DNA of 64,000 nt from Promethearchaeota archaeon (GTDB lineage Archaea > Asgardarchaeota > Lokiarchaeia > Sigyniarchaeales > SOKP01), in the NCBI GenBank assembly GCA_048938855.1, contig JBHLLT010000002.1, positions 32,001 to 96,000 on the forward strand, in the 5' to 3' direction. How positions within the stretch are numbered: the stretch's first letter is position 1; each line of letters begins with the position of its first letter. Below, in pieces: positions 1 through 9,452 of the stretch. Position numbers and translations under genes: made by a program. The notes beneath the pieces are model-generated. The model did no database searches. It worked only from the letters and a program-made list of their open reading frames with translations, and was not told where the DNA came from.

Positions 1-90
1 TATTTGCAATGTCCATTTTTTACCTAAATAATTCAATGCTATTTCAATCGGACAATTTTTCATATTACTCAAATCTTCCCAAACTTCCAA
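1..90 (-). CDS. HxlR-family winged-helix transcriptional regulator (5' part; runs off the window)
   Basis: Manual translation of the minus strand gives (L)EVWEDLSNMKNCPIEIALNYLGKKWTLQI. CP..aL..lG.KW...I is the HxlR N-terminal motif. Start is TTG at 90 or ATG at 63. Confidence 0.8.
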   Translation of the reverse strand, partial: MEVWEDLSNMKNCPIEIALNYLGKKWTLQI

Positions 91-211
91 TTTCCTCACA
101 ATATTACAAATTAGTTACTATTTAGTTTAAATATTATAATTCTTTGTTACTATTTAACACTTTATAACATAATGTTATAAACTTTAATAATTGCTTTATT
201 GATCCTTTAAA

Positions 212-673
212 ATGGAAAACATAATTTTAATTAAAGAAGAATTAGATTGCGACATTAATTTCGCCTATAAAATGTTTACGGTTAATAATGCCTTAGAAAA
301 ATGGTTAACTGAAGAAGCAAATGTGGATCCTAAGCTTGGGGGTAAATTTGAACTTTTTTGGGATCCAAAGAATAAACAAATAAACAGTACAATCGGTTGT
401 AAAATTACTGGGATTGAAAGAAATAGATTTATTTCATTTGATTGGAAGGGTCCAATGGAATTTCAAAAGTTTATGAATACAGCTGATCCTCTTACTCATA
501 TCATCGTATTTTTTTCTGAAAATAGTAATAATCCATCTAAAACGATAATATATCTATTCCATACAGGTTGGAGAAATAATGATGAATGGCAAGAAGCACG
601 TAACTATTTTGAAAAAGCTTGGTCTAAAGCTTTACAAGGATTAAAAGAAAGAGTTAGAAGTAAAACCATATAA
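212..673 (+). CDS. SRPBCC/AHSA1 (START-like) domain protein
   Basis: L.KW...A.VD...GG.F, F.W and W...L..LK pattern; 153 aa. Confidence 0.8.
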   Translation: MENIILIKEELDCDINFAYKMFTVNNALEKWLTEEANVDPKLGGKFELFWDPKNKQINSTIGCKITGIERNRFISFDWKGPMEFQKFMNTADPLTHIIVFFSENSNNPSKTIIYLFHTGWRNNDEWQEARNYFEKAWSKALQGLKERVRSKTI

Positions 674-927
674 CTATAAGGTCCTATTTTTCAACCTCTT
701 ATTTTTTGTTATTAGTGGAATTATCAAATATTTTTAATTTTAACTTATGAATATAACCATCACTTCTAGATACATTATTTTATGAATAGAGGGTTAAAAT
801 TCCGTAGGATAAATTACCATATCTTTAAATAAGGTGTTTCTTTCACAAATTTATATTTAGGAGAAATGGTAAGCTATCCTAACATAATTTAAATATTAAA
901 AACAATACTCTGAATGACTTTAAAAGT

Positions 928-2727
928 ATGAAGAATTTAAAAAAAATTATATATTTCATCGCCACATTAGTTCTAATCCAATTAATCTTTTCATCATCAG
1001 TCCCAATTGTTAAAGCTGATAACACAATCGCAGATTCATATTATCAAAATCTTGATTTTAATCGTACGTATGTATATGAAGTATCTAAATTCGGAGATTC
1101 AGTAGGATGGTACAACTTCACCCCTTGGCCTGGTAATTCTTATGAAGGAGACTGGAAATCTAATACTGGTGGTCAAATATGGATTAATTTAACTGGATTT
1201 TATAAAAAGGATTCAAACGATTGGGGAAATGTATTTGAAGATCCTATACCTTGGTATGATCTTAATATAATAGAAAACAATCTAGGTCTTCTTAATATAA
1301 ACTTCACTTTGAATAATAGATCCAATAGTGAAGTCGCAAGAGCATTGACTCTTGGTTTTAATAATTTTCAATCAGGTTTTCTAATTCCAAATGCTAATCT
1401 TACACAAATTAAAGAACTTGCGACACAGCAAGCCGATCCGGGGGGATTATATGATATTGTTGGTAAGATTGAATTAGAAGAAACTTATAATTTCCTTTAT
1501 ATTGGTTTTAGCCAAATAGGTGGTAACCAACAGACTGATTTAATCTATGACAAAAAGTCTGGGCTGTTAGTTTGGGCAAAAACTAGTATTTTTGGATACT
1601 TACTCGAAATTCAATCTTTAAACTTTACTCTTGATTATGCTTCAAGTTTTATTTATAATGTAGACAATTTTGGTGGAGCAGTTGGTTGGTATAATTTTAC
1701 GCCATGGCCAGGAAATTCATATGAAGGTGATTGGAAAACTAATTCTGGTGGACAAATAATTGTGAATTTTACAGGTTATTACGATAAAGACCCAAACGAT
1801 TGGGGTAATATTCTTTATGGGCCCATTCCCTGGTTTGATATTGAAGTGGTTGAAAACATATCCAGTATCTTTTTAACAAATTTTACCCTTAGTAATAGAT
1901 CGAATAGTGAACTAAGTTGGGCTCTTACTCTTGGATATAACAACTTTCAACCAGGTTTTCTTCTTCATATCGTGAATAACTTGACCAGTGTAAAGAAATT
2001 AGCTCTGCAAGAAGCATCAGGATTTGTTAATGGATTAGTAACTATTGAAGAAACAGAACTAGCAATTAAGATTACATTTGATCAAATTGGTGGAGGTCAA
2101 GGGACTTATCTAATTTATGAAAAACGAACAGGTCTTTTACTCTGGGTAAAAACATTTGTAGGTAGCTATCTACTCGAGATGGCTATTAATGAATATACCC
2201 CTTGGGAGTTTGATGGGGAAAATAATATAATTCCAAATGATCTCCTGCAAAAGGCTTTACCCTACATAATTATTTCTTCAATTAGCATCATCTTAATGTC
2301 TACATCAATGATCATTTCAAGAGTAAATAGGAAATTCAAGAAATTTAATAAATTTGTCTTGATTGCAATATTAGCAAGTGCTAGCTTTACTTCATTTTTT
2401 GTGTTCACATCTAGTATAAAGATAGGAGAAGTAAATGAACCTTTGAGAAATGTTCAAGATATTTCATTAGTTGTTGATTATGGAAATGGCACAATAAAAA
2501 TGTGGGAAAACTTTGAATTATCAAATTATAATACTACAGCATTTGATGCTTTAAAGAAGTGGTGTAAAATAGAATATACTGATTATGGAGATATGGGAAT
2601 TCTAGTAGAATCTATTAATCACCTAAAAGGAAATTGGCGTTTTTCAATAAATGATGAATTTCCAGGAGTTTCAGCAAATAAATATAATTTACAGAATGGA
2701 GATTTAGTAAAGTGGATTTTTGGATAA
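928..2727 (+). CDS. Membrane-anchored surface protein: signal peptide, two tandem ~190-aa repeats, 2 TM helices, C-terminal DUF4430/transcobalamin-like domain
   Basis: Duplicated GWYNFTPWPGNSYEGDWK motif; many NxS/T sequons; C-terminal VDYGNG..TAFDAL..G.LVESIN..W.FSIN..GVSA..Y.L.NGD.V.W. Confidence 0.65.
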   Translation: MKNLKKIIYFIATLVLIQLIFSSSVPIVKADNTIADSYYQNLDFNRTYVYEVSKFGDSVGWYNFTPWPGNSYEGDWKSNTGGQIWINLTGFYKKDSNDWGNVFEDPIPWYDLNIIENNLGLLNINFTLNNRSNSEVARALTLGFNNFQSGFLIPNANLTQIKELATQQADPGGLYDIVGKIELEETYNFLYIGFSQIGGNQQTDLIYDKKSGLLVWAKTSIFGYLLEIQSLNFTLDYASSFIYNVDNFGGAVGWYNFTPWPGNSYEGDWKTNSGGQIIVNFTGYYDKDPNDWGNILYGPIPWFDIEVVENISSIFLTNFTLSNRSNSELSWALTLGYNNFQPGFLLHIVNNLTSVKKLALQEASGFVNGLVTIEETELAIKITFDQIGGGQGTYLIYEKRTGLLLWVKTFVGSYLLEMAINEYTPWEFDGENNIIPNDLLQKALPYIIISSISIILMSTSMIISRVNRKFKKFNKFVLIAILASASFTSFFVFTSSIKIGEVNEPLRNVQDISLVVDYGNGTIKMWENFELSNYNTTAFDALKKWCKIEYTDYGDMGILVESINHLKGNWRFSINDEFPGVSANKYNLQNGDLVKWIFG

Positions 2728-2787
2728 GCATCTTTTTTTTTAACTTCTATAGAATTAAATAGAAACTTGAAGAATAAGTGTAAATAA

Positions 2788-3231
2788 TTAATATTTCATA
2801 TCTTTTGTATCAATTTTTTTCAAAACAGGTTCCATTTCTCTGAATGCTTTTCTAATTTTATGAAAATAGTAACCTAATTTATACCCCTTCTTACAATTTG
2901 TAAATAACATGAAATTATTATCAGCAGAACCAACTAGAATAATTGTATACCCTTTAGTTCCTCTTATTACAATATCTCTTAATTCACCTTGTTCTAATCC
3001 TTGACTAATCTTTTCTCCTAAAGAGATTAATGTAGCTGGACTTGCACTATAAATATCCCAAACAACATCAGCCGTCTCAGAACTTGCAATTCTTAACCCA
3101 GTTTTTGAGACTACTGCAGTTCCCTCTAAATCTGTTGACGCTTCAAGATTTTCTAGATTCCGCATTAGCTCATCTAGTATTTCTTGGCTAATATCAATTT
3201 CAGATTCTTTTGCTTTTTCCAATTTAAACAC
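2788..3231 (-). CDS. Roadblock/LC7 domain protein
   Basis: L..L....DLEG.AVVS..GL.IAS, LGE.I...L..G.L..I.I.G..G pattern; GTG start. Confidence 0.8.
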   Translation of the reverse strand: MFKLEKAKESEIDISQEILDELMRNLENLEASTDLEGTAVVSKTGLRIASSETADVVWDIYSASPATLISLGEKISQGLEQGELRDIVIRGTKGYTIILVGSADNNFMLFTNCKKGYKLGYYFHKIRKAFREMEPVLKKIDTKDMKY

Positions 3232-3262
3232 CTTACTTATGATAATATTAATTTTTAAGAAT

Positions 3263-4681
3263 TTAAATGTTTTTTAGTTGAAAGCTTCTTAATTCTTTGA
3301 GGAATACTGGATCTCCTTTCTTTACATTTTTATTTTCTTCCTTTATACCAACAATAACCGCACCTTTAGTACCAAATGTGTTTAAAATCTTAGTAAAAGG
3401 TGGTTCCAATACTTTACCAATAAGTTTTTTTGCACCAATAGTGCTTTGAGCTAAACCAGTACAAATAATTCCTTCAGAATGTTCGGGATTTTTAATATTT
3501 CCTCTTTTAATTTTATATCGGTAAAACGTAGGCGGTTTATTATAAATTTTCAATAATTCTGCTGATCCTAATATTCTTAAAGTAGTTGGAGGTAAATCTA
3601 ACCGACTTAATAACATGAATGTGCTCTCTTTTCTTATTAAAACCTTTTCTTTAAATAAAACAATCGCTTTAAATCCTCGATCTTCTTTTGATCCAGTTGT
3701 TTGGATCCTTTTTCCATCCAATTCATAATATGGATAGATATATCCTGTCGTAGTAAACATTCCAATAGTAATATGCATTTGAATCCCAAAACTTGTTTTA
3801 GGTTTGAATAAGGGATTATTATTAACCTTAACTTCGATTATCCTGCAATTTTCAAAAGCATTAGGATTTGATGTTGCATAACAGCCTCTATAAACTTTCT
3901 TCCAATCAATTCCTTTAATATTAATTCCAACTCTATCACCTGCCTTTGCTGTTCGAACATTTTGGTGGAATATCTGGATATTTTTAACTCTGCCAGATAT
4001 TTTTAAGGGTACAATTTCTAGATCTTGATTTAGATTTAATTTACCATTTAAAATTGTACCAGTTAAAATAGCACCCAACCCTTTTATTGGAAAATGATGA
4101 TCAATAGGAATAATAGTATCTCCTTCGATATGTCTTTTAATCTTTAAAGATTCCACAATCTTTAAGATTCCTTCTTTTAATTCCTCAAATCCTATTTTAT
4201 TTTTAGCAGAAACCGCAAAAATAGGTATATTATAACCAAAAGAAGTTGTTTCAAAAAATTCTCTAGTTTTTTTTATTTCTGCATCAACATTACCGCTGAA
4301 CAAATCAATTTTATTGAGAACAACTATGATTTTATCGATTTTAAGAGATTCTATCATAATAAGATGCTCTCCAGTTTGGATTTGAGGACCTTTGTTAATA
4401 TCAATAACGATTATAGCACAATCTATAATTTCTACAGAAGATGCACTAATTTTTATCAAGTCAGCATGACCAGGACCATCTACTAACGTAACTATGTACT
4501 TATCAAGCAAGAAGCTTGTAAAACCCAAATCAATAGTGATCCCACGTTCTCTACTTTGAGGATGTGCATCAATTCCTGCTGTAGAGATTATTTGACTAAG
4601 TACTGAAGCAATTTTAGTTTTTCCCGAGTCAATATGACCAAATAATCCAATGTGTATCGGAATTTTATCCTCTATTGACAT
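3263..4681 (-). CDS. selB: Selenocysteine-specific elongation factor (archaeal/eukaryotic SelB/EFSec type)
   Basis: GHIDSGKT, ERGITIDLGF, DGPGHADL, NKID, IDHHFPIKG.G motifs; C-terminal domain 4 (KI.NTFGTKG); near tRNA-Sec and SepSecS. Confidence 0.93.
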   Translation of the reverse strand: MSIEDKIPIHIGLFGHIDSGKTKIASVLSQIISTAGIDAHPQSRERGITIDLGFTSFLLDKYIVTLVDGPGHADLIKISASSVEIIDCAIIVIDINKGPQIQTGEHLIMIESLKIDKIIVVLNKIDLFSGNVDAEIKKTREFFETTSFGYNIPIFAVSAKNKIGFEELKEGILKIVESLKIKRHIEGDTIIPIDHHFPIKGLGAILTGTILNGKLNLNQDLEIVPLKISGRVKNIQIFHQNVRTAKAGDRVGINIKGIDWKKVYRGCYATSNPNAFENCRIIEVKVNNNPLFKPKTSFGIQMHITIGMFTTTGYIYPYYELDGKRIQTTGSKEDRGFKAIVLFKEKVLIRKESTFMLLSRLDLPPTTLRILGSAELLKIYNKPPTFYRYKIKRGNIKNPEHSEGIICTGLAQSTIGAKKLIGKVLEPPFTKILNTFGTKGAVIVGIKEENKNVKKGDPVFLKELRSFQLKNI

Positions 4682-5102
4682 CCTATTTTAATTTCTTTTT
4701 TAAATATAATTAAAAATGATTTTCTTATAAAATGAATTTTTTCATTTTAAACCTATAATTCCAAACAAATATTTATTAATCCGTTTACTCTATATTAGAA
4801 ATAATATCTTGTTATAAACAAAATTTGGTTGGATTATGATTCAATATCAATTGAATTAGATTTTACCCCTAAATTCATAATCCCAGTATTTTATAGGCTT
4901 TATGTCTAGTATACTCAACCTTGGAAGATAGTAGAATATCTTACGAGTGCTTAACTCATCCATTCCCTGTTTTAAAGATTAACATCATCACAAATTTGAA
5001 TCTGATTCCTTATAGCATTATATACTGATGTAAAGCTCCATTAAAGTTAAATAATGATAAATAAATATTATCAAAATTATAATAAAAAGGAGGTGAAAAA
5101 GT

Positions 5103-5291
5103 ATGGACATAAAAAGAGCAAAGGAATTAACTACTGAATTAGCAAGTTTAATAGATCATATTGATAAAGAAGTTATAAGCGAATTTAATAAAATGAGTGA
5201 AAAACTGCAAAATGAGATAAGGGTTAAAGTTTTAGCAATTCTGAATGAATTAGACATTAGATCTGGAGAAGTAATAGACTTCGGAAGCTAA
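5103..5291 (+). CDS. Small helical hypothetical protein
   Basis: 62 aa with a strong GGAGGTGA SD upstream. Confidence 0.6.
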   Translation: MDIKRAKELTTELASLIDHIDKEVISEFNKMSEKLQNEIRVKVLAILNELDIRSGEVIDFGS

Positions 5292-5490
5292 TTTTTAATT
5301 AATAGAAACTGATTACAAAAAACTAATAAATTTTTTTTATTATATCTATAAAAAATTAAATGAGATTTTAGAGAGAAATATGAAAAATAACATAATAATT
5401 CTTTTAAATATTGGACTCTAATAGACTTATAATTAAAGTTTTATTTTTCTTAAATAAAGGATATTAAAATAACTTCAAATTGATGGATTT

Positions 5491-6357
5491 ATGAGTAAAT
5501 TTTGTCCATATTGTGGCAATCCCGTAAAAGAAAGTGATAAATTTTGTATTATTTGTGGTAAACCTCTGCTTACTGATATTCCTAAGCGAGAAAAGAAGCC
5601 AGAAATACAGGAAGCTAAGAAAGATGAAAAAGTCAAGCCAGTTGAAAAGAAGGTAGAAATCACAAAAGAAGAAGTAGAAGAAGTGGCTGATGAAGAACCA
5701 ATACTTGTTAAGAAAAGTGTATTTAAAAAAACTAAAGAAACAGGAGATGTTAAACCTCTTCCAGAAGAAGTAAAAGAACAAATGGTTTATTACATAGAGT
5801 ATAATGATCTCCAACTAAATAAAAAGGTTTTAGTTGAAAAATTAACTGAACTTTCTAAATCCACTAAAGATCCTAAATATGAGTATGATCAGAATTTTAA
5901 GAAAGAAATAACATTAAAATTGGAAGCACTAAAAACTCTAATAGACGAATTGAAACAGAAAGAGAGTGTAATCAAACAAAATTTAGAAGAACCTTTCATA
6001 GTTCAAAGGATCACAACTGATATTGATACTAAAGTATTCCAGCTTGAGAATTTATCAAAAGAACATAAATTACATAAAGTTGATGAAGAGACTTTTGAAA
6101 AATTAAAAGAAAAATATAAACAAGAAAAATCTGACCTAGAAAAACAGAAGGAAGATTTAATAGCAGGGATGAAATTATGGATTAAAGATTTGAAATTAGA
6201 AAAAGCAGAATTAAACAGTGAACGAAAACTTAATAAAGGTAGATTTCATGCAAAAGAGATAACAGAGGAAGAGTTTCAGAAGAATGATAAAGATTTTGAT
6301 TTGAAAATAAAGAAAGCAGACACAAAAATAAAAACCCTAGAAGATTTAACAAATTAG
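5491..6357 (+). CDS. Double zinc-ribbon plus coiled-coil protein (CdvA-like helical repeats)
   Basis: N-terminal CPYC..CIIC, charged linker, coiled coil with VDEETFEKL and ITEEEFQK motifs. Confidence 0.6.
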   Translation: MSKFCPYCGNPVKESDKFCIICGKPLLTDIPKREKKPEIQEAKKDEKVKPVEKKVEITKEEVEEVADEEPILVKKSVFKKTKETGDVKPLPEEVKEQMVYYIEYNDLQLNKKVLVEKLTELSKSTKDPKYEYDQNFKKEITLKLEALKTLIDELKQKESVIKQNLEEPFIVQRITTDIDTKVFQLENLSKEHKLHKVDEETFEKLKEKYKQEKSDLEKQKEDLIAGMKLWIKDLKLEKAELNSERKLNKGRFHAKEITEEEFQKNDKDFDLKIKKADTKIKTLEDLTN

Positions 6358-6407
6358 GTTTTTTCGTAAAAATATTTTATTAATAATTATTATTATTCTT
6401 GATAAAC

Positions 6408-6533
6408 ATGAGAAATAAATTACTTGCGATTATAATCCTACTAATAGCACTGTCACTCATCGTGATTGGTATAGTTCAAGGGCAAAACTTAATAATAAAT
6501 TCTATTTATGAAGAAATGGCCTTAGTAGCTTAA
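6408..6533 (+). CDS. Small single-TM protein (41 aa, below the ORF-track cutoff)
   Basis: MRNKLLAIIILLIALSLIVIGIVQGQNLIINSIYEEMALVA*; fills the gap and its stop overlaps the stop of the convergent gene. Confidence 0.5.
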   Translation: MRNKLLAIIILLIALSLIVIGIVQGQNLIINSIYEEMALVA

Positions 6534-6829
6534 TATTCCCACTTTCCCTTTTTTGCAAGCGCTGAATTATCTAAAAAACCTTTCTTCTGAAATATCTTTT
6601 CTTGTGATTTTCTATATTTATTTGCAAGATTATAATGAGCTTTACACAAATAAATCTTATGAAAAGCATTAGTTTTAAATTTCAGACCTGCTTTCTCAAT
6701 AAATTTTTTCCAAGAGTTTTCAGAAAGTGATCGAACAACATTTTCACGACAACCTTGAATCGAGCAAATTCTATTTTTGGCTGATCTGGTCAAATCTGTT
6801 TTATCTTTAATCTCTTTCGGAAGTTTCAT
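6530..6829 (-). CDS. Hypothetical basic Zn-finger protein (CxxxxC...CxxH)
   Basis: CSIQGC and LCKAHY motifs; 99 aa. Confidence 0.6.
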   Translation of the reverse strand: MKLPKEIKDKTDLTRSAKNRICSIQGCRENVVRSLSENSWKKFIEKAGLKFKTNAFHKIYLCKAHYNLANKYRKSQEKIFQKKGFLDNSALAKKGKWEY

Positions 6830-6899
6830 AGTTAAACACTTGTAAAAACTTTATTAGAATAAAATATTATGTTTTTTAATATAATATATCTTAAAATTT

Positions 6900-7622
6900 T
6901 TGCTAAAACAGATGGATTCAGCCAACTTAATTTTTAATAGAGAAATAATTCAAAAAGCTTTATATCCTTGTGAATCTCCATTACGCGTCTCTATTAAAGA
7001 TAGTTTTTTCACTAGTTCTGCTGTTCTTTTTACTATAATTCCATATAAGAATAAACCTTATGAACTAGTTCTAATTCATCGCTCAGATAAAGGAACAAGA
7101 CATCGGGGTGAAATGTCATTTCCTGGAGGTAAGTTTGAGCCTCAATATGATAAAAGTTTAAGAGACACCGCATTAAGAGAAACAGAAGAAGAAATAGGAG
7201 TATCTCGTGACAAAATTAATATTTTAGGTTGTTTGGATGATTTTCCAACAATGACGCGTTTTATTATCACTCCATTTTTAGGTACAATTGACAAAAATCA
7301 AGTTTTGATAAGAGACGAGAGAGAGGTTCAAAAAATTCTTAAAATCCCGATTGATTTTTTTACAAGCAAGATACATTTTCAAGAACAAGCCGTTGATATT
7401 GAAGATAAAAAGTTCCCAATCTTTTATTTTAACTATTTTGATAAGGATAATTCTCAAAAATATACTGTATGGGGCGCAACTGCCTACTTAATTGTATTAT
7501 TTATTGAAAAAATTTATGAAGTCACAATGTCAAAATTAGGATTAGAACGTTTTAAACTTGAAAAAATTAAACATCTGAAAGAATATATTAAATATAGAAA
7601 TCAAATAAAAAATAAATTCTAG
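6900..7622 (+). CDS. Nudix CoA pyrophosphatase (NudL/PCD1 family)
   Basis: SAVL, H.GEMSFPGG, ALRETEEEIG, VWGATA. Confidence 0.88.
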   Translation: MLKQMDSANLIFNREIIQKALYPCESPLRVSIKDSFFTSSAVLFTIIPYKNKPYELVLIHRSDKGTRHRGEMSFPGGKFEPQYDKSLRDTALRETEEEIGVSRDKINILGCLDDFPTMTRFIITPFLGTIDKNQVLIRDEREVQKILKIPIDFFTSKIHFQEQAVDIEDKKFPIFYFNYFDKDNSQKYTVWGATAYLIVLFIEKIYEVTMSKLGLERFKLEKIKHLKEYIKYRNQIKNKF

Positions 7623-7626
7623 ATTT

Positions 7627-7782
7627 TTAATATCTAATTTTCTGTAATTTGGATATATACTCTGGACAATTTTTACATTCTGGAATTTTACATAAAAATT
7701 GAATTTTCGGAAGTGTACATGACAGAAAAAAAGGACATTCTTCTAAATTTAAATCAATATTTATTTCTATATTACTAATCAT
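7627..7782 (-). CDS. Small Cys-rich protein (51 aa, below the ORF-track cutoff)
   Basis: MISNIEINIDLNLEECPFFLSCTLPKIQFLCKIPECKNCPEYISKLQKIRY*; five Cys in a metal-binding-like spacing. Confidence 0.55.
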   Translation of the reverse strand: MISNIEINIDLNLEECPFFLSCTLPKIQFLCKIPECKNCPEYISKLQKIRY

Positions 7783-8038
7783 AGATATTCACTCATTCAT
7801 TCTTATTTTACTAGATTATAATTCAGTATTTATAAAAGAAAAAACGGTGAATATTTAGTAATTCAATATTTTAAATAGTCTAATTTTGAAATTGTTATAA
7901 AATTAAAACTAACAATATCTAGACTATATTATTGCCTCAATAAGTATGAACCCATAATTTTTTGATAAAAAGTAATAAGAAATATCAATAATCTTTCTTA
8001 ATTTATTATACTAATCAAAAAATAAAATTGATTAAATT

Positions 8039-9256
8039 ATGAAGTATAGAAAAATGGGATCTCTTAACTGGGATGTATCAGTACTTGGATTTGGTGCTAT
8101 GAGACTTCCCTTGATTGACCAAAATACTGTTGATGAGAAAGAGGCAATTAGAATGATCCGTTATGCTATAGATAACGGAGTGAATTATATAGATTCAGCT
8201 TACCCTTATCATCATGGGACAAGTGAAATAATTGTAGGAAAAGCGCTTCAAGATGGATATCGAGAAAAAGTTCACCTGACAACAAAATTACCAATATGGG
8301 CAGTGAGAAAAAGTGAAGATTTTGATAAGTATCTTCAGGAACAAATCGATCGACTACAAACTAATCCTGACATATATCTATTCCATGGATTAACAAAGAA
8401 CCGTCTGGAGAAAATTAAAAAGTTAAATTTAATTGACAAAATGGAAAAGGCAAGGGAGGAAGGATTTTTCAAATATATAGGGTTTTCATTTCATGATAAT
8501 TTTGAAGTCTTTAAAGAAATAATTGACTATTATAAATGGGATTGTTGCCAAATACAGTTTAATTATCTTGATATAAAATACCAGGCAGGTATTAAAGGAG
8601 TAGAATATGTGGGTAGTAAAAATATTGCTTTAATCATTATGGAACCAATTCGAGGAGGAAAATTAGCTATTTCGGAGAACGAATTAGATTCACGACCAGA
8701 TATCAAGAAAATATTAGAAAAATCAACCATTAAAAGAACAATGGCAGATTGGGCTCTACAATTTGTGTGGGATCATCCTGAAGTCTCTGTAGTATTAAGT
8801 GGAATGAGCTCTATGCAACAAGTCAAAGAAAATATCGATTCCGCGAATAGATCGGAAGCAAACAGTTTATCAGCAGAAGAATTGAATACAATTTCGGAAT
8901 TAAGGAAAATTTATGATAAATATGATCTTGTGCCATGCACTAGTTGTAGGTATTGCCTCCCCTGTCCTAATGGAGTGGCAATTCCGTGGATTTTTAGACT
9001 CTTGAATGAATTAGGATATTGGGGTGAACGACGGAGAGATTTGTTAATCTCTTTTTATAATAGATGTGCAAAAACACAAGAAGAATTTGAAAAAAGACTC
9101 TCTGAAGAAGAAGAAGTTGAGGGTGCGGCAAGTCTATGTACGAAATGTGGTGAATGTCTTGAAAAATGCCCTCAACAAATTGATATTCCGGATGTTATGG
9201 AGAAGTTAAATGGAATTTTTGAAGAAGGAAAAGAAATCTCAGAGTTTTTCTATTAG
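8039..9256 (+). CDS. Aldo/keto reductase with C-terminal 4Fe-4S domain
   Basis: LGFGAMRLP, YIDSAYPYH, MEPIRGG, CTSCRYCLPCP and CTKCGECLEKCPQ. Confidence 0.9.
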   Translation: MKYRKMGSLNWDVSVLGFGAMRLPLIDQNTVDEKEAIRMIRYAIDNGVNYIDSAYPYHHGTSEIIVGKALQDGYREKVHLTTKLPIWAVRKSEDFDKYLQEQIDRLQTNPDIYLFHGLTKNRLEKIKKLNLIDKMEKAREEGFFKYIGFSFHDNFEVFKEIIDYYKWDCCQIQFNYLDIKYQAGIKGVEYVGSKNIALIIMEPIRGGKLAISENELDSRPDIKKILEKSTIKRTMADWALQFVWDHPEVSVVLSGMSSMQQVKENIDSANRSEANSLSAEELNTISELRKIYDKYDLVPCTSCRYCLPCPNGVAIPWIFRLLNELGYWGERRRDLLISFYNRCAKTQEEFEKRLSEEEEVEGAASLCTKCGECLEKCPQQIDIPDVMEKLNGIFEEGKEISEFFY

Positions 9257-9347
9257 TTATCTTGAGGTATTTATCGTTGTATTATTTATAACCAAAAACT
9301 TATTTTAAAAAGATAAATACTTTGAATTAGAAACAAGCAATTTTTAT

Positions 9348-9440
9348 GGCCCTTGACGGTTGGAGTGGTCTCTGACGCTGGGCTTCAAACCCAGTTATCC
9401 TGCGGAGGGATAGGGGTTCGATTCCCCTCGAGGGCCGCCA
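9348..9440 (+). tRNA. selC: tRNA-Sec (anticodon TCA at 9385-9387)
   Basis: 9-bp acceptor GGCCCTTGA/TCGAGGGCC, 4-bp T stem GGGG/CCCC (9/4 fold), long D stem with 4-nt loop, loop CTTCAAA, long variable arm, G73 and encoded CCA. Confidence 0.96.
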
Positions 9441-9452
9441 ATAATAATTAAA

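Noticed and set aside
4826-4885. SECIS element upstream of selB
   Set aside because: The ATGA is Watson-Crick paired with TCAT rather than forming tandem G-A pairs, and no UGA-containing gene is adjacent.
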